Source: Nostoc sp.
GTDB lineage: Bacteria; Cyanobacteriota; Cyanobacteriia; Cyanobacteriales; Nostocaceae
NCBI GenBank assembly: GCA_036918135.1
Contig: JBALDB010000048.1
Coordinates: forward strand, 146,077 to 210,076
Length of the DNA: 64,000 nt
Direction of reading: 5' to 3'
Part shown: piece by piece, positions 31,479 to 42,829 of the stretch
Numbering within the stretch: position 1 is the first letter of the stretch
Layout of the letters: each line of letters starts with the position of its first letter
Position numbers and translations under genes: made by a program
The notes under the pieces: model-generated
Databases searched by the model: none
The model's input: only the letters and a program-made list of their open reading frames with translations
Told to the model about the DNA's origin: nothing

Positions 31479-32342
31479 ATGGGTACTCGTTCTTATCGCC
31501 CTTATACCCCCAGCACTCGCCAAGTTACGATTTCTGACTTTTCAGAAATCACTAAAACTGAGCCAGAAAAATCTCTGACTAAATCTGTACACCGCGCTAA
31601 AGGTCGGAACAATCAAGGGCGGATTACCAGTCGTCGCCGGGGTGGCGGACACAAACGGCTTTACCGGATTATTGATTTTAAAAGGGATAAACGTAATATT
31701 CCAGCCCAAGTCGCAGCAATTGAATACGATCCTAACCGTAATGCCCGGATAGCTCTGTTGCATTACGAAGATGGGGAAAAACGCTATATCCTCCAACCAA
31801 ACGGCTTGAAAGTTGGGACAACAATTATTGCTGGGCCTGAAGCTCCTTTTGAAGATGGTAATGCCCTACCACTATCGAATATTCCCTTGGGTACTAGCGT
31901 TCACAACGTAGAACTGACTCCAAACAAAGGCGGTCAAATTGTGCGTGCGGCTGGTGCTAGCGCCCAAGTAGTAGCAAAAGAAGGTAATTATGTAACTCTC
32001 AAGTTACCTTCAGGAGAAGTCCGGTTGATTCGGCGCGAATGCTACGCCACCATCGGTCAAGTAGGCAACACCGACGCGAGAAACCTAAGTGCAGGTAAAG
32101 CAGGACGAAATCGCTGGAAAGGGCGCCGTCCTAAGGTCAGAGGTAGCGTCATGAACCCAGTCGATCACCCACACGGCGGTGGTGAAGGTAGGGCACCTAT
32201 CGGTAGATCTGGGCCTGTAACACCTTGGGGTAAACCTACTTTGGGAGCCAAGACACGCAATCCCAAGAAACTCAGCAGTAAATATATTGTGCGTCGTCGT
32301 CGTAAGTCTTCTAAACGCGGTCGTGGTGGTCGTGAATCTTAA
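31479..32342 (+). CDS. rplB: 50S ribosomal protein L2
   Basis: [25 protein letters not shown]. Confidence 0.99.
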   Translation: MGTRSYRPYTPSTRQVTISDFSEITKTEPEKSLTKSVHRAKGRNNQGRITSRRRGGGHKRLYRIIDFKRDKRNIPAQVAAIEYDPNRNARIALLHYEDGEKRYILQPNGLKVGTTIIAGPEAPFEDGNALPLSNIPLGTSVHNVELTPNKGGQIVRAAGASAQVVAKEGNYVTLKLPSGEVRLIRRECYATIGQVGNTDARNLSAGKAGRNRWKGRRPKVRGSVMNPVDHPHGGGEGRAPIGRSGPVTPWGKPTLGAKTRNPKKLSSKYIVRRRRKSSKRGRGGRES

Positions 32343-32395
32343 AGAGTTAGGACTTATGAGTTGATAGAAAAATTTAACTCCTCACTCCTCACTTT

Positions 32396-32470
32396 TGTAC
32401 AGACGTGATTAATGAGCTAGCGCGTTGCGGGGGTTCCCCCCGTTGTAGCGACTGGCGTCGCGTCTCTACT
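32396..32470. mobile_element. Palindromic AGACGCGATTAATCGCGTCT-type repeat interrupted by a nested insert
   Basis: GTACAGACGTGATTAAT [GAGCTAGCGCGTTGCGGGGTTCCCCCCGTTGTAGCGACTGGCGT] CGCGTCTCTAC; uninterrupted relatives at ~24347-24376 and ~41932-41952. Confidence 0.6.
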
Positions 32471-32515
32471 CACATCTAATTTCTAATTCATAAATCTAAA
32501 ATCCAGAATTGAACT

Positions 32516-32794
32516 ATGGGTCGTTCTCTAAAAAAAGGTCCTTTTGTTGCGGACCATCTCCTTAATAAAATTGAAAAGCTCAACGACAATAATAGAAAAG
32601 AAGTTATTAAAACTTGGTCGCGAGCTTCAACAATTCTGCCTGTAATGGTCGGTCATACCATAGCTGTTCATAACGGACGCCAACACGTTCCAGTATTTGT
32701 AAATGAACAAATGGTAGGGCACAAGTTGGGTGAATTTGCCCCAACACGCACCTACAGAGGTCATGGCAAAAGTGACAAAAAATCAGGTAGGTAG
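32516..32794 (+). CDS. rpsS: 30S ribosomal protein S19
   Basis: [20 protein letters not shown]. Confidence 0.98.
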   Translation: MGRSLKKGPFVADHLLNKIEKLNDNNRKEVIKTWSRASTILPVMVGHTIAVHNGRQHVPVFVNEQMVGHKLGEFAPTRTYRGHGKSDKKSGR

Positions 32795-32940
32795 TCATTA
32801 GTCATTAGTCATTGGTCATTGGTCATTAGTTATTGGTCATTAATCATTAGTCATTAGTCAATTGGTTAAAAGACAAATGACAAACGACAAACAACAAATG
32901 ACAAATGACAGAAGACAAATGACAAAAGACAAATGACAAA
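32795..32940. repeat. Inverted STRR heptamer arrays
   Basis: (TTAGTCA/TTGGTCA)n then (GACAAAT)n. Confidence 0.9.
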
Positions 32941-32953
32941 AATGGAGAAAATT

Positions 32954-33310
32954 ATGGCTACTGATACTACTGAAGTCAAAGCGATCGCCCGTTTTATACG
33001 CATTTCTCCTTTGAAAGTGCGTCGCGTACTCGATCAAATCCGGGGGCTATCGTATCGAGAAGCGTTAATCATCTTGGAATTCATGCCCTATCGCGCCACT
33101 GAACCGATATTGAAGGTTCTCAGAAGCGCTGCTGCTAACGCCGAACACAATGCGGGCTTAGATCGGACTCAACTAGTAATTACTCAGGCTTATGCCGATC
33201 AAGGGCCAGTGCTCAAACGATTCCAACCAAGGGCGCAAGGTCGAGCTTACCAAATTCGCAAGCCAACGTGTCATATTACTGTCGCCGTTGCAGCCGCCCC
33301 AGAAAAATAA
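32954..33310 (+). CDS. rplV: 50S ribosomal protein L22
   Basis: [26 protein letters not shown] at 32954 after GGAGA. Confidence 0.97.
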   Translation: MATDTTEVKAIARFIRISPLKVRRVLDQIRGLSYREALIILEFMPYRATEPILKVLRSAAANAEHNAGLDRTQLVITQAYADQGPVLKRFQPRAQGRAYQIRKPTCHITVAVAAAPEK

Positions 33311-33342
33311 CGATTCAGTCAGAAATTTTAGAGGAAGCATTC

Positions 33343-34128
33343 GTGGGACAGAAAATTCATCCAGTTGGTTTTCGCCTGGGTATTACACAAGAACATCAAT
33401 CCCGTTGGTTTGCCGTTCCGGAACGCTATCCAGAACTTTTACAAGAAGACCACAAACTCCGTACATATATAGAACAAAAGCTCGGTAGACTCGCTCAAAA
33501 CAATGCCGGAATTTCCGAAGTGCGGATTGAGCGCAAAGCCGACCAAATCGACTTAGAAGTACGCACAGCTAGACCAGGGGTAGTAGTGGGTCGTGGTGGA
33601 CAAGGGATCGAATCCTTGCGTACTGGACTCCAAGCACTATTGGGTAGTAATCGCCAAATTCGCATTAACGTAGTTGAAGTGCAACGAGTTGATGCTGATG
33701 CCTACCTAATTGCCGAATACATTGCTCAACAATTGGAACGCCGTGTTTCCTTTCGGCGGGTAGTGCGACAAGCGATTCAGCGCGCCCAACGGGCTGGCGT
33801 CCAAGGTATTAAAATTCAAGTCAGCGGTCGCCTCAATGGTGCAGAAATTGCTCGCACAGAGTGGACTCGTGAAGGTAGAGTACCTCTACATACTTTGCGG
33901 GCTGACATTGATTACTCTTATTGCACGGCAAAAACTATTTACGGTATTTTAGGCATCAAAGTATGGGTGTTTAAGGGAGAAATTATTCCCGGACAGGAAG
34001 AAACTGCACCACCACCCGCAGCTAGAGAACGCGATCGCGGCGATCGTGGCGATCGCGAACGCGAACCACGTCGCCGTCAACAACAACGCCGTCGTCAACA
34101 ATTTGAAGACCGCTCAAATGAAGGGTAA
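33343..34128 (+). CDS. rpsC: 30S ribosomal protein S3
   Basis: GTG start after [30 protein letters not shown]. Confidence 0.97.
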   Translation: MGQKIHPVGFRLGITQEHQSRWFAVPERYPELLQEDHKLRTYIEQKLGRLAQNNAGISEVRIERKADQIDLEVRTARPGVVVGRGGQGIESLRTGLQALLGSNRQIRINVVEVQRVDADAYLIAEYIAQQLERRVSFRRVVRQAIQRAQRAGVQGIKIQVSGRLNGAEIARTEWTREGRVPLHTLRADIDYSYCTAKTIYGILGIKVWVFKGEIIPGQEETAPPPAARERDRGDRGDREREPRRRQQQRRRQQFEDRSNEG

Positions 34129-34129
34129 A

Positions 34130-34222
34130 TCGGGACTGGGGACTGGGGACTGGGTAAAAATTCTCAATCCCAATCCCTAATCCCCAATCCCTAATCCTCA
34201 GTACCTAGTACCCAGTACCCAA
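34130..34222. repeat. STRR heptamers (GGGACTG)n/(TCCCCAA/TCCCTAA)n
   Basis: Tandem heptamers forming an imperfect inverted repeat; similar unit at ~46762-46846. Confidence 0.8.
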
Positions 34223-34224
34223 TC

Positions 34225-34650
34225 ATGTTAAGTCCTAGAAGAACTAAATTCCGCAAACAACAGCGCGGACGGATGGAAGGATTAGCCACCCGTGGCAGTA
34301 CTCTTAACTTCGGTGATTTTGCACTCCAAGCTCAAGAACCTGCTTGGATTACCTCCCGGCAAATAGAAGCTTCTCGGCGGGCCATGACTCGCTATATCCG
34401 CCGGGGTGGACAAATCTGGATTCGGATTTTCCCTGATAAACCTGTAACCATGCGTCCTGCTGAAACCCGGATGGGTTCTGGTAAAGGTTCGCCAGAGTTT
34501 TGGGTAGCTGTAGTCAAGCCAGGGCGAATTATGTTTGAAATCGCTGGGGTTTCTGAAGAAATCGCCCGTGAAGCTATGCGTTTGGCTGCATATAAACTGC
34601 CAATAAAAACTAAATTCATTGTGCGCTCTCAACCACAGGAGCAGGAGTAG
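34225..34650 (+). CDS. rplP: 50S ribosomal protein L16
   Basis: [13 protein letters not shown]. Confidence 0.98.
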   Translation: MLSPRRTKFRKQQRGRMEGLATRGSTLNFGDFALQAQEPAWITSRQIEASRRAMTRYIRRGGQIWIRIFPDKPVTMRPAETRMGSGKGSPEFWVAVVKPGRIMFEIAGVSEEIAREAMRLAAYKLPIKTKFIVRSQPQEQE

Positions 34651-34653
34651 GTT

Positions 34654-34881
34654 ATGCCTCTTCCCAAAATTTCAGAAGCAAGAGAATTAAGTGACGATCG
34701 ACTTTCTGAAGAAATTCTTGCTGTTAAAAGACAACTATTTCAGTTGCGCTTGCAAAAAGCCACAAGACAGCTAGACAAGCCCCACCAGTTCCGCCACGCT
34801 AAACACCGCCTATCCCAATTGCTGACGGTCGAGGGAGAACGCAAACGGGCAGCAAATCAATCGCCACAACCAGAAAAGTAG
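34654..34881 (+). CDS. rpmC: 50S ribosomal protein L29
   Basis: LFQLRLQKATRQLDKPHQF; operon position. Confidence 0.95.
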   Translation: MPLPKISEARELSDDRLSEEILAVKRQLFQLRLQKATRQLDKPHQFRHAKHRLSQLLTVEGERKRAANQSPQPEK

Positions 34882-34887
34882 GAGATT

Positions 34888-35136
34888 ATGGCAGTTAAAG
34901 AACGAGTTGGTTTGGTAGTGAGCGACAAAATGCAAAAAACGGTAGTAGTTGCCGTAGAAAACCGCGCTCCTCATCCCAAGTACGGCAAGATTGTAGTCAA
35001 CACCCAGCGCTATAAAGTTCACGATGAAGAAAATCAGTGCAAAGTGGGCGATCGCGTCCGGATTCAAGAAACTAGACCTTTGAGTAAAACCAAACGCTGG
35101 AAAGTCACAGAAATCCTCAACGTCAAACCTACTTAA
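34888..35136 (+). CDS. rpsQ: 30S ribosomal protein S17
   Basis: [23 protein letters not shown]. Confidence 0.98.
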   Translation: MAVKERVGLVVSDKMQKTVVVAVENRAPHPKYGKIVVNTQRYKVHDEENQCKVGDRVRIQETRPLSKTKRWKVTEILNVKPT

Positions 35137-35180
35137 ACTTCATAGTTGTTATTTTAACAACATTATAAGGGACTAAAATC

Positions 35181-35549
35181 GTGATTCAACCCCAGACTTA
35201 CTTAAATGTCGCAGATAATAGCGGTGCCCGCAAACTAATGTGTATCCGTGTGTTGGGCGGAGGTAACCGCCGTTATGGTTTTATTGGCGATAAGATTATT
35301 GCTGTTGTTAAAGATGCTACACCCAATATGGGTGTCAAAAAGTCTGATGTTGTGGAAGCAGTAATTGTCCGGACACGAAAAGCTGTAAATCGTGATAGTG
35401 GTATGAGTATTCGCTTTGACGATAACGCCGCTGTAATTATTAACAAAGACGGTAATCCTAGAGGCACGCGGGTTTTTGGCCCAGTTGCTCGGGAACTGCG
35501 CGATAAAAACTTTACCAAAATTGTTTCTCTGGCTCCGGAGGTGCTGTAA
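35181..35549 (+). CDS. rplN: 50S ribosomal protein L14
   Basis: [19 protein letters not shown]. Confidence 0.98.
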   Translation: MIQPQTYLNVADNSGARKLMCIRVLGGGNRRYGFIGDKIIAVVKDATPNMGVKKSDVVEAVIVRTRKAVNRDSGMSIRFDDNAAVIINKDGNPRGTRVFGPVARELRDKNFTKIVSLAPEVL

Positions 35550-35902
35550 TGCCAGCCAAACAGGGTACGCCCAAAGTATTCTACAAAATGCACGTCAAAA
35601 CTGGCGACACCGTACAAGTAATTGCTGGTAAAGACAAAGGAAAAGTTGGGGAAATTATCCAAGCACTTCCCCAACTGAGTAAAGTTGTCGTCAAAGGTGT
35701 AAATATTAAAACTAAGCACGTCAAACCCCAGCAAGAAGGAGAATCAGGGCGAATTGTCACCCAAGAATTCCCCATTCATAGCTCTAACGTCATGCTTTAT
35801 TCCACTAAGCAAAACGTTGCCAGTCGTGTTTGTTATACCTTTACGCCAGAAGGTAAAAAAATCAGAAAGCTCAAAAAAACTGGTGAAATTCTGGATAAAT
35901 AG
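35549..35902 (+). CDS. rplX: 50S ribosomal protein L24
   Basis: KOW motif [16 protein letters not shown]. Confidence 0.97.
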   Translation: MPAKQGTPKVFYKMHVKTGDTVQVIAGKDKGKVGEIIQALPQLSKVVVKGVNIKTKHVKPQQEGESGRIVTQEFPIHSSNVMLYSTKQNVASRVCYTFTPEGKKIRKLKKTGEILDK

Positions 35903-36074
35903 TTATTAGTTGTTGGTCATTAGTCATTTGTCATCAATTATTGGACAAATGGCAAAGGACAAAGCGCAAAGTCTGAGCTAAGGCTTCCTTAAATCAGAAC
36001 TTTGTAAGAGAGGACAAATAACAAACGACAATAAAGGTTCCCTGACCAAGCCCAGGGATATAGGACAAAAAACT

Positions 36075-36623
36075 ATGGCGACAACAAGACTCAAAACCTT
36101 ATACCAAGAGACAATCATCCCCAAACTGACTTCTCAGTTTCAATTTACCAACGTTCATCAAGTACCGAAGTTGGTAAAAATTACTCTCAATCGCGGTTTG
36201 GGTGAAGCAGCTCAAAATGCGAAGGCCCTGGAAGCATCTATCAACGAAATTGGGGTAATCACTGGTCAAAAACCAGTAGTGACGCGGGCGAAAAAAGCGA
36301 TCGCTGGCTTTAAAATTCGTCAAGGTATGCCTGTGGGAATTATGGTGACCCTCAGAGGCGAGAGAATGTATGCCTTTCTCGACCGACTTGTTAGCTTGTC
36401 ACTACCCAGAATTCGAGATTTTCGCGGCGTCAGCCCTAAAAGCTTTGACGGACGTGGTAACTATACTCTGGGTGTCAGAGAACAGTTAATTTTTCCAGAG
36501 GTCGAGTACGATAGCATCGATCAAGTCCGTGGTTTGGATATTTCCATCATTACCACAGCGAAAAATGACGAAGAGGGTCGCGCCTTACTTAAAGAATTAG
36601 GAATGCCCTTTCGCGATCAATAA
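36075..36623 (+). CDS. rplE: 50S ribosomal protein L5
   Basis: [19 protein letters not shown]. Confidence 0.98.
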   Translation: MATTRLKTLYQETIIPKLTSQFQFTNVHQVPKLVKITLNRGLGEAAQNAKALEASINEIGVITGQKPVVTRAKKAIAGFKIRQGMPVGIMVTLRGERMYAFLDRLVSLSLPRIRDFRGVSPKSFDGRGNYTLGVREQLIFPEVEYDSIDQVRGLDISIITTAKNDEEGRALLKELGMPFRDQ

Positions 36624-36643
36624 GTTCATCTATAGAGGGAACG

Positions 36644-37045
36644 ATGGCGGCTAACGACACAATTGCAGATATGCTGACGCGCATCCGCAATGCCAACCTG
36701 GCACGGCATCAAACTACACAAGTGCCAGCAACAAGAATGACCCGTAGTATTGCCAAAGTGCTGCGGGAAGAAGGTTTTATTGGTGAATTTGAAGAAGCAG
36801 GAGATGAAGTAAAACGCAATCTGGTGATTTCCTTGAAATACAAGGGTAAGAATCGTCAGCCTCTGATCACCGCTTTAAAGCGAGTCAGTAAACCTGGTTT
36901 GCGTGTTTACTCCAACAGAAAAGAATTACCAAGGGTACTAGGCGGCATCGGCATCGCCATTATTTCCACATCCAGTGGCATTATGACTGACCGCGAAGCG
37001 CGGCGTCAGAACTTGGGTGGCGAAGTGCTTTGCTACGTTTGGTAG
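36644..37045 (+). CDS. rpsH: 30S ribosomal protein S8
   Basis: [21 protein letters not shown]. Confidence 0.98.
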   Translation: MAANDTIADMLTRIRNANLARHQTTQVPATRMTRSIAKVLREEGFIGEFEEAGDEVKRNLVISLKYKGKNRQPLITALKRVSKPGLRVYSNRKELPRVLGGIGIAIISTSSGIMTDREARRQNLGGEVLCYVW

Positions 37046-37175
37046 TCTATTTGGTCATTAGTCATTAGTCATTTGTCACTTGTACTGAGCGAACACGAGT
37101 GCGTCTTGAACAGAAGCCGAGTATTAGCAAAGGACAAAAGACAAAGGATAAAAGACAAATAACAAAGGACAAAAA
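37046..37175. repeat. STRR arrays with a nested small dispersed repeat
   Basis: (TTAGTCA)n ... TGTACTGAGCGAA[22-nt insert]GCCGAGTA ... (GGACAAA)n. Confidence 0.75.
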
Positions 37176-37178
37176 ATT

Positions 37179-37727
37179 ATGTCTCGTATTGGTAAACGTC
37201 CAATTACTATTCCCGCCAAAGTACAAGTGGCAGTTGATGGTACTAAGGTTGTGGTGAAAGGGCCTAAAGGAGAACTTTCTCGCAATTTACCTGCTAACGT
37301 TATCGTCTCCCAAGAGGGAGAAATATTACAAGTAACTCGTCGAGATGATACCCGTACTTCCAGGCAGCTACACGGTTTAAGCCGGACTTTAGTTGCCAAT
37401 ATGGTTGAGGGAGTTTCCCAAGGTTTTCAGCGGCGTTTGGAAATTCAAGGTGTTGGTTACCGGGCACAAGTTCAAGGACGTAACCTAGTTTTGAATATGG
37501 GTTACAGCCATCAAATACAAATTGAACCACCAGAAGGAATTCAGTTTGCAGTCGAAGGTACCACTAACGTAATCGTCAGCGGCTACGACAAAGAAATTGT
37601 GGGTAACACAGCAGCAAAAATTCGTGCCGTTCGCGCACCAGAACCTTACAAAGGCAAAGGTATTCGCTATGCCGGTGAAGCGGTAAGACGTAAAGCTGGT
37701 AAAACTGGTAAGAGTGGTAAGAAGTAA
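37179..37727 (+). CDS. rplF: 50S ribosomal protein L6
   Basis: [17 protein letters not shown]. Confidence 0.98.
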   Translation: MSRIGKRPITIPAKVQVAVDGTKVVVKGPKGELSRNLPANVIVSQEGEILQVTRRDDTRTSRQLHGLSRTLVANMVEGVSQGFQRRLEIQGVGYRAQVQGRNLVLNMGYSHQIQIEPPEGIQFAVEGTTNVIVSGYDKEIVGNTAAKIRAVRAPEPYKGKGIRYAGEAVRRKAGKTGKSGKK

Positions 37728-37729
37728 AA

Positions 37730-38092
37730 ATGAAACTTACTCGTAGAGAATCAAAACAGCGTCGCCATCGACGCGTTCGTGGCAGAGTTATTGGCTCTCC
37801 AGAACGCCCGCGTTTAGCAATATTTCGTTCTAACGAGCATATTTATGCCCAAGTGATTGATGATACAAAGCATCACACTTTAGTGGCAGCATCAACTGTA
37901 GAACCAGAGTTGAAATCAAGTATAGCTTCAGGTGCCAATCGCGACGCCTCGGTACAAGTTGGTAAGTTGATAGCAGTGCGATCGCTAGAAAAAGGTATCA
38001 CTAAAGTAGTCTTCGATCGCGGTGGCAACCTATATCATGGTCGTGTTCAAGCACTAGCTGATGCCGCACGCGAAGCTGGTTTAGATTTCTAA
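37730..38092 (+). CDS. rplR: 50S ribosomal protein L18
   Basis: [23 protein letters not shown]. Confidence 0.98.
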   Translation: MKLTRRESKQRRHRRVRGRVIGSPERPRLAIFRSNEHIYAQVIDDTKHHTLVAASTVEPELKSSIASGANRDASVQVGKLIAVRSLEKGITKVVFDRGGNLYHGRVQALADAAREAGLDF

Positions 38093-38198
38093 AGTCATTA
38101 AGTCATTCGTTATTGGTCATTTACAAACGACAAATGACAAAGGACAACTGATAAATGACAAAGGACAACTGACAAATGATATTAATAGAGCATTGATT

Positions 38199-38726
38199 AT
38201 GGCGACAGAGCGAAAAACTAGAACAAAGCGTGCCAAAAAAGAAGAAACTACTTGGCAAGAGCGGGTGATCCAAATCAGACGGGTCAGTAAGGTCGTCAAA
38301 GGAGGTAAAAAACTTAGCTTCCGGGCGATTGTAGTCGTCGGTAATGAACGCGGTCAAGTTGGGGTAGGAGTAGGCAAAGCCTCTGATGTAATCGGGGCAG
38401 TCAAAAAAGGTGTAGCCGATGGCAAAAAACACCTCATTGATATCCCAATCACCAAATCTAACTCCATCCCCCATCCGATTGATGGTGTCGGTGGTGGTGC
38501 AAAGGTGATTATGCGTCCAGCTGCACCTGGTACTGGTGTAATTGCTGGTGGTGCTGTACGCACTGTGTTGGAATTGGCAGGAGTTCGCAACGTCTTAGCC
38601 AAGCAACTTGGCTCTAATAATCCGCTCAACAATGCTAGAGCCGCAGTCAACGCTTTGTCTACACTGCGTACTCTTTCTGAAGTTGCTTCAGATCGCGGTA
38701 TTACTATTGAAAATCTCTACATCTAA
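38199..38726 (+). CDS. rpsE: 30S ribosomal protein S5
   Basis: [21 protein letters not shown]. Confidence 0.98.
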   Translation: MATERKTRTKRAKKEETTWQERVIQIRRVSKVVKGGKKLSFRAIVVVGNERGQVGVGVGKASDVIGAVKKGVADGKKHLIDIPITKSNSIPHPIDGVGGGAKVIMRPAAPGTGVIAGGAVRTVLELAGVRNVLAKQLGSNNPLNNARAAVNALSTLRTLSEVASDRGITIENLYI

Positions 38727-38813
38727 TTTAGTCATTGGTCATTAGTTATTTGCGAACGACAAATGACAAACGACAAACGACAAATGACAAACTACAAATG
38801 ACACTTTTAGCTT

Positions 38814-39257
38814 ATGAGACTCAACGATGTTAAGCCGCAAGTCGGCTCAAAAAAACGCCGCCGCCGTGTAGCTAGGGGTATTTCTGCTGGTCAAGGTGCT
38901 AGTGCTGGTCTAGGTATGCGGGGTCAAAAATCTCGCTCTGGTAGTAGTACTAGGCCAGGTTTTGAAGGTGGTCAACAGCCATTATACCGCCGCTTACCCA
39001 AACTCAAGGGCTTTCCGATTGTGAATCGGAAGAATTACACTACGATTAATGTAGAGAAGCTAGCCTCTCTTCCCGCTAATACAGAAGTAACTCTAACCTC
39101 CTTAAAAGCAGCAGGTATTATCACTGGTGCTAAAGGCCCGTTGAAAATTTTGGGTAACGGGGAATTGAGCGTTCCGCTCAAGGTACAAGCGGCAGCTTTC
39201 ACAGGTACAGCTCGGAGCAAAATTGAAGCAGCTGGTGGGAGTTGTGAAGTTTTATGA
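38814..39257 (+). CDS. rplO: 50S ribosomal protein L15
   Basis: [15 protein letters not shown]. Confidence 0.98.
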   Translation: MRLNDVKPQVGSKKRRRRVARGISAGQGASAGLGMRGQKSRSGSSTRPGFEGGQQPLYRRLPKLKGFPIVNRKNYTTINVEKLASLPANTEVTLTSLKAAGIITGAKGPLKILGNGELSVPLKVQAAAFTGTARSKIEAAGGSCEVL

Positions 39258-39331
39258 GTGAGCCGCAATAGCGCACTTAAATGCAAGCCAACTCGCTGCC
39301 AGCGCCTGGTTCACTATAAAGGTAGCACTCT

Positions 39332-40645
39332 ATGATCAGTCGAGACAAAGCCCCAACGGCTCAAGAAACTTTTATGCAGATGGCACAAGCAGCTGGGCTT
39401 AGAGGTAGGCTGCTTGTGACTGTTGGTATTTTAATTTTGGTTCGCTTAGGCATCTTTTTGCCCGTGCCAGGAATTGATAGAGGGCGGTTTCATGAGGCCA
39501 TATCGGGCAATAATTCTATATTCGGTTTATTGGATATATTCTCCGGGCGAGGACTTTCGACTTTGGGAGTCTTTGCTTTAGGGATTTTGCCGTTCATTAA
39601 TGCGTCTATTATCATCCAATTGCTCACGGCTGCGATTCCATCTTTAGAAAATCTACAGAAAAATGAAGGTGAAGCTGGTCGGCGAAAAATATCACAAATT
39701 ACCCGCTATGTATCTTTAGGGTGGGCAATTGTTCAAAGTACGGCTTTTTCAGCATTATTCTTGCAGCAGTTTGCCTTAAACCCAGGGCCACTATTCGTAG
39801 CTGAAACTGCGATCGCTCTGACTGCTGGTTCCATGTTCGTCATGTGGGCATCAGAACTGATTACAGAACGCGGAATTGGGAATGGGGCATCATTGTTAAT
39901 TTTTGTCAACATTGTCGCATCATTACCAAAATCTTTAGGTCAAACCATTGAGTTAGTGCAAGTTGGCGGTCGGGAAACAGTAGGCCGCGTAATCGTGCTA
40001 ATCTTAGTTTTCCTGGCGACAATTGTTGGTATTGTGATTGTGCAAGAAGGAATGCGTCGCATCCCAATTATTTCGGCTCGTCGCCAAGTAGGTCGGCGAG
40101 TTTTGGCAGAACAACGTAGCTTCCTACCCTTACGCCTGAATCAAGGCGGCGTGATGCCAATTATTTTTGCTGCTGCTATCCTCAGTTTGCCACTATTAAT
40201 CGCCAATTTCACCAAAAATGCTGAATTGGCAAATATAGTTAACACTTACTTAAGTCCCAGCGGTTCTAGCTCTTGGGTCTATGCCTTGGTTTACATGATC
40301 TCCATCGTTTTCTTTAGCTACTTCTATTCTTCGTTAATTCTCAACCCAGTAGATGTGGCGCAAAATTTGAAGAAAATGGGTTCTAGTATTCCAGGTATTC
40401 GTCCTGGTAAGGCAACTAGCGAGTATATCGAACGGGTCTCGAACCGACTCACTTTTTTGGGTGCTATCTTTTTGGGCTTAGTTGCTATTATCCCAACAGG
40501 TGTAGAAAGTGCTTTAGGAGTACCTACATTTAAGGGATTGGGTGCTACGTCTTTATTAATTTTAGTTGGTGTGGCGATTGATACGGCAAGACAAATCCAA
40601 ACTTACGTTATCTCTCAGCGCTATGAAGGAATGGTGAAACAATAG
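39332..40645 (+). CDS. secY: Preprotein translocase subunit SecY
   Basis: FALGILPFINASII; GIGNGASL; IPGIRPG. Confidence 0.98.
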   Translation: MISRDKAPTAQETFMQMAQAAGLRGRLLVTVGILILVRLGIFLPVPGIDRGRFHEAISGNNSIFGLLDIFSGRGLSTLGVFALGILPFINASIIIQLLTAAIPSLENLQKNEGEAGRRKISQITRYVSLGWAIVQSTAFSALFLQQFALNPGPLFVAETAIALTAGSMFVMWASELITERGIGNGASLLIFVNIVASLPKSLGQTIELVQVGGRETVGRVIVLILVFLATIVGIVIVQEGMRRIPIISARRQVGRRVLAEQRSFLPLRLNQGGVMPIIFAAAILSLPLLIANFTKNAELANIVNTYLSPSGSSSWVYALVYMISIVFFSYFYSSLILNPVDVAQNLKKMGSSIPGIRPGKATSEYIERVSNRLTFLGAIFLGLVAIIPTGVESALGVPTFKGLGATSLLILVGVAIDTARQIQTYVISQRYEGMVKQ

Positions 40646-41196
40646 TGACGCGACTAATCTTCTTGGGACCGCCTGGAGCTGGAAAAGGAACACAAGCTAA
40701 GACATTAGCTGACCATCGCCATGTTCCCCATGTTTCTACGGGTGATATATTGCGCCAAGCATTAGAAAAGCAAACCCGTTTGGGCATCAAAGCTCAAAGT
40801 TATATGGATAAAGGGGAACTAGTTCCAGACATTCTAGTACAGGAAATGGTACAGGAGAGGCTGAGTCAGTTAGATGCCAAGCATGGTTGGATTCTCGATG
40901 GTTTTCCTCGGACTGTTAAGCAAGCAGTTTTTCTTGAGGAATTACTCGAACAACTAGACCAGTCTGGTGAAAGAGTAGTCAGCTTGGAAGTCCCAGATGA
41001 GATAGTAATAGGACGTTTACTTGCACGAGGACGAAAAGATGATAACGAACAAGTGATTCGTCGTCGTTTAGAAGTTTATCGTGCTGAAACTGCACCTTTA
41101 ATTGATTATTATCGCGATCGCCAAAAACTCTTAACAGTCAATGGCAATCAGTCCCAAGAAGAAGTCACTGATGAACTGCAAAAGATAATTGCTTAA
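40645..41196 (+). CDS. adk: Adenylate kinase (short form)
   Basis: GPPGAGKGTQA; LDGFPR. Confidence 0.97.
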   Translation: MTRLIFLGPPGAGKGTQAKTLADHRHVPHVSTGDILRQALEKQTRLGIKAQSYMDKGELVPDILVQEMVQERLSQLDAKHGWILDGFPRTVKQAVFLEELLEQLDQSGERVVSLEVPDEIVIGRLLARGRKDDNEQVIRRRLEVYRAETAPLIDYYRDRQKLLTVNGNQSQEEVTDELQKIIA

Positions 41197-41422
41197 GTAT
41201 GAGTGAGATCGTAGGGACAAGGGAGTGTGAAGAGATGATAAAAAAGCTTCCTGTTCCTACCATCTCTCCCACAGTCCTTGTTTGACCCATATCTACTCAG
41301 GAATTTGAACAAATTTAGCTAAAATATATTAAGAAACTGTTGATATATTTCTTAAAGTGTGTTCTATGGCAGATAAAGTACTGCAAATGAACTGGAGATT
41401 ATTGAGTTGAGGAAAAAACAAA

Positions 41423-41647
41423 TTGTCTAAGCAAGATTTGATTGAAATGGAAGGCACGGTTACAGAGTCTTTGCCTAATGCGATGTTTCGCGTTGACTTA
41501 GACAATGGTTTTAACGTGCTGGCACACATTTCTGGCAAGATTCGCCGCAATTATATCAAGATTTTGCCTGGCGATCGCGTCAAGGTAGAGCTAACTCCCT
41601 ACGACTTGACTAAAGGTAGAATCACCTACCGACTCAGAAAGAAGTAA
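41423..41647 (+). CDS. infA: Translation initiation factor IF-1
   Basis: [27 protein letters not shown] start. Confidence 0.97.
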
Positions 41648-41725
41648 GTATATGTAGAGGATATTACCATAAAACCATCTTTTTGACTGTTTCTTAATCA
41701 CTTAGCTGAATAATTTCCTAATAAA

Positions 41726-41734
41726 TGCTATAAT
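41726..41734 (+). promoter_or_regulatory. Putative extended -10 internal promoter before rpmJ
   Basis: TGcTATAAT about 30 nt upstream of the rpmJ start. Confidence 0.45.
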
Positions 41735-41763
41735 TTACTATTTGGAGTCAAAGTAGAAAAGGC

Positions 41764-41877
41764 ATGAAAGTCAGAGCCTCAGTCAAGAAAATCTGTGAAA
41801 AATGTAATGTGATCAAACGTCGTGGTCGCGTTATGGTGATTTGCGTTAACCCGAAACACAAGCAACGTCAAGGATAG
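41764..41877 (+). CDS. rpmJ: 50S ribosomal protein L36 (missed by the ORF track)
   Basis: [37 protein letters not shown]. Confidence 0.98.
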   Translation: MKVRASVKKICEKCNVIKRRGRVMVICVNPKHKQRQG

Positions 41878-41994
41878 CACTCTCAATCAACACAGTAGAG
41901 TTGCAATAGGCATAATCATTATTAAACGAAAAGACGCGATTTATCACGTTTTTTTAACTATCAGTAATTGCGAGAACAATAGGGAGAGTTAATT

Positions 41995-42375
41995 GTGGCA
42001 CGTATTGCCGGAGTAGACCTTCCACGCGATAAGCGCGTCGAAATAGGTCTGACTTACATTTTTGGAATTGGGTTATCGCGATCGCAAGAGATTCTAACGA
42101 GTACAGGGGTAAACCCAGATACCCGCGTTAAAGACTTAAGTGATGCTGATGTAGCCAACCTCCGAGCAGAAATAGAAACCAACTATGAAGTTGAAGGTGA
42201 CTTACGGCGCTTGGAGTCTATGAACATCAAGCGCTTAGTTGACATTGGTACCTACAGAGGGCGTCGTCATCGCATGGGCTTGCCAGTCAGAGGACAGAGA
42301 ACTCGCACCAACGCTAGAACCCGTCGAGGTAGAAGGCAGACAGTCGCTGGTAAGAAGAAAGCACCAGGTAAATAA
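41995..42375 (+). CDS. rpsM: 30S ribosomal protein S13
   Basis: [25 protein letters not shown]. Confidence 0.98.
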   Translation: MARIAGVDLPRDKRVEIGLTYIFGIGLSRSQEILTSTGVNPDTRVKDLSDADVANLRAEIETNYEVEGDLRRLESMNIKRLVDIGTYRGRRHRMGLPVRGQRTRTNARTRRGRRQTVAGKKKAPGK

Positions 42376-42433
42376 ATAATTTGACAACCCTTGCCAAACA
42401 AAGCAAGTTTTACCTTAAATCAACTAAACAAGT

Positions 42434-42829
42434 ATGGCCAGACAACCAACTAAAAAATCTGGGAGCAAAAAGCAGAAACGGAACGTCCCCAATGGGATGG
42501 CCTACATCCAGTCTACTTTCAACAATAGCATTGTCACCATTACCGATCAAAATGGAGATGTGATCTCTTGGGCTAGTGCTGGTTCGAGCGGTTTTAAGGG
42601 AGCAAAAAAGGGAACTCCCTTTGCAGCGCAAACCGCCGCTGAAAGTGCAGCCCGTCGAGCCATAGATCAAGGGATGCGCCAAATCGAGGTAATGGTCAGT
42701 GGTCCAGGAGCAGGTAGAGAAACGGCTATCCGCGCACTTCAAGGAGCAGGACTGGAAATTACATTGATTCGGGATATTACTCCGATTCCTCACAATGGTT
42801 GCCGTCCACCCAAACGCCGTCGAGTCTAA
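42434..42829 (+). CDS. rpsK: 30S ribosomal protein S11
   Basis: [20 protein letters not shown]. Confidence 0.98.
   Translation: MARQPTKKSGSKKQKRNVPNGMAYIQSTFNNSIVTITDQNGDVISWASAGSSGFKGAKKGTPFAAQTAAESAARRAIDQGMRQIEVMVSGPGAGRETAIRALQGAGLEITLIRDITPIPHNGCRPPKRRRV

Noticed and set aside
33268..33342. N-terminal extensions in the ORF track (rpsC, rplV, csaB, ABC-F, gpmI, 13014..13448, 13636)
   Set aside because: Downstream starts fit the family N-termini and SD positions better
40645..41196. Short adenylate kinase as a possible truncation
   Set aside because: Short-LID Adk is a normal form; all core motifs are present
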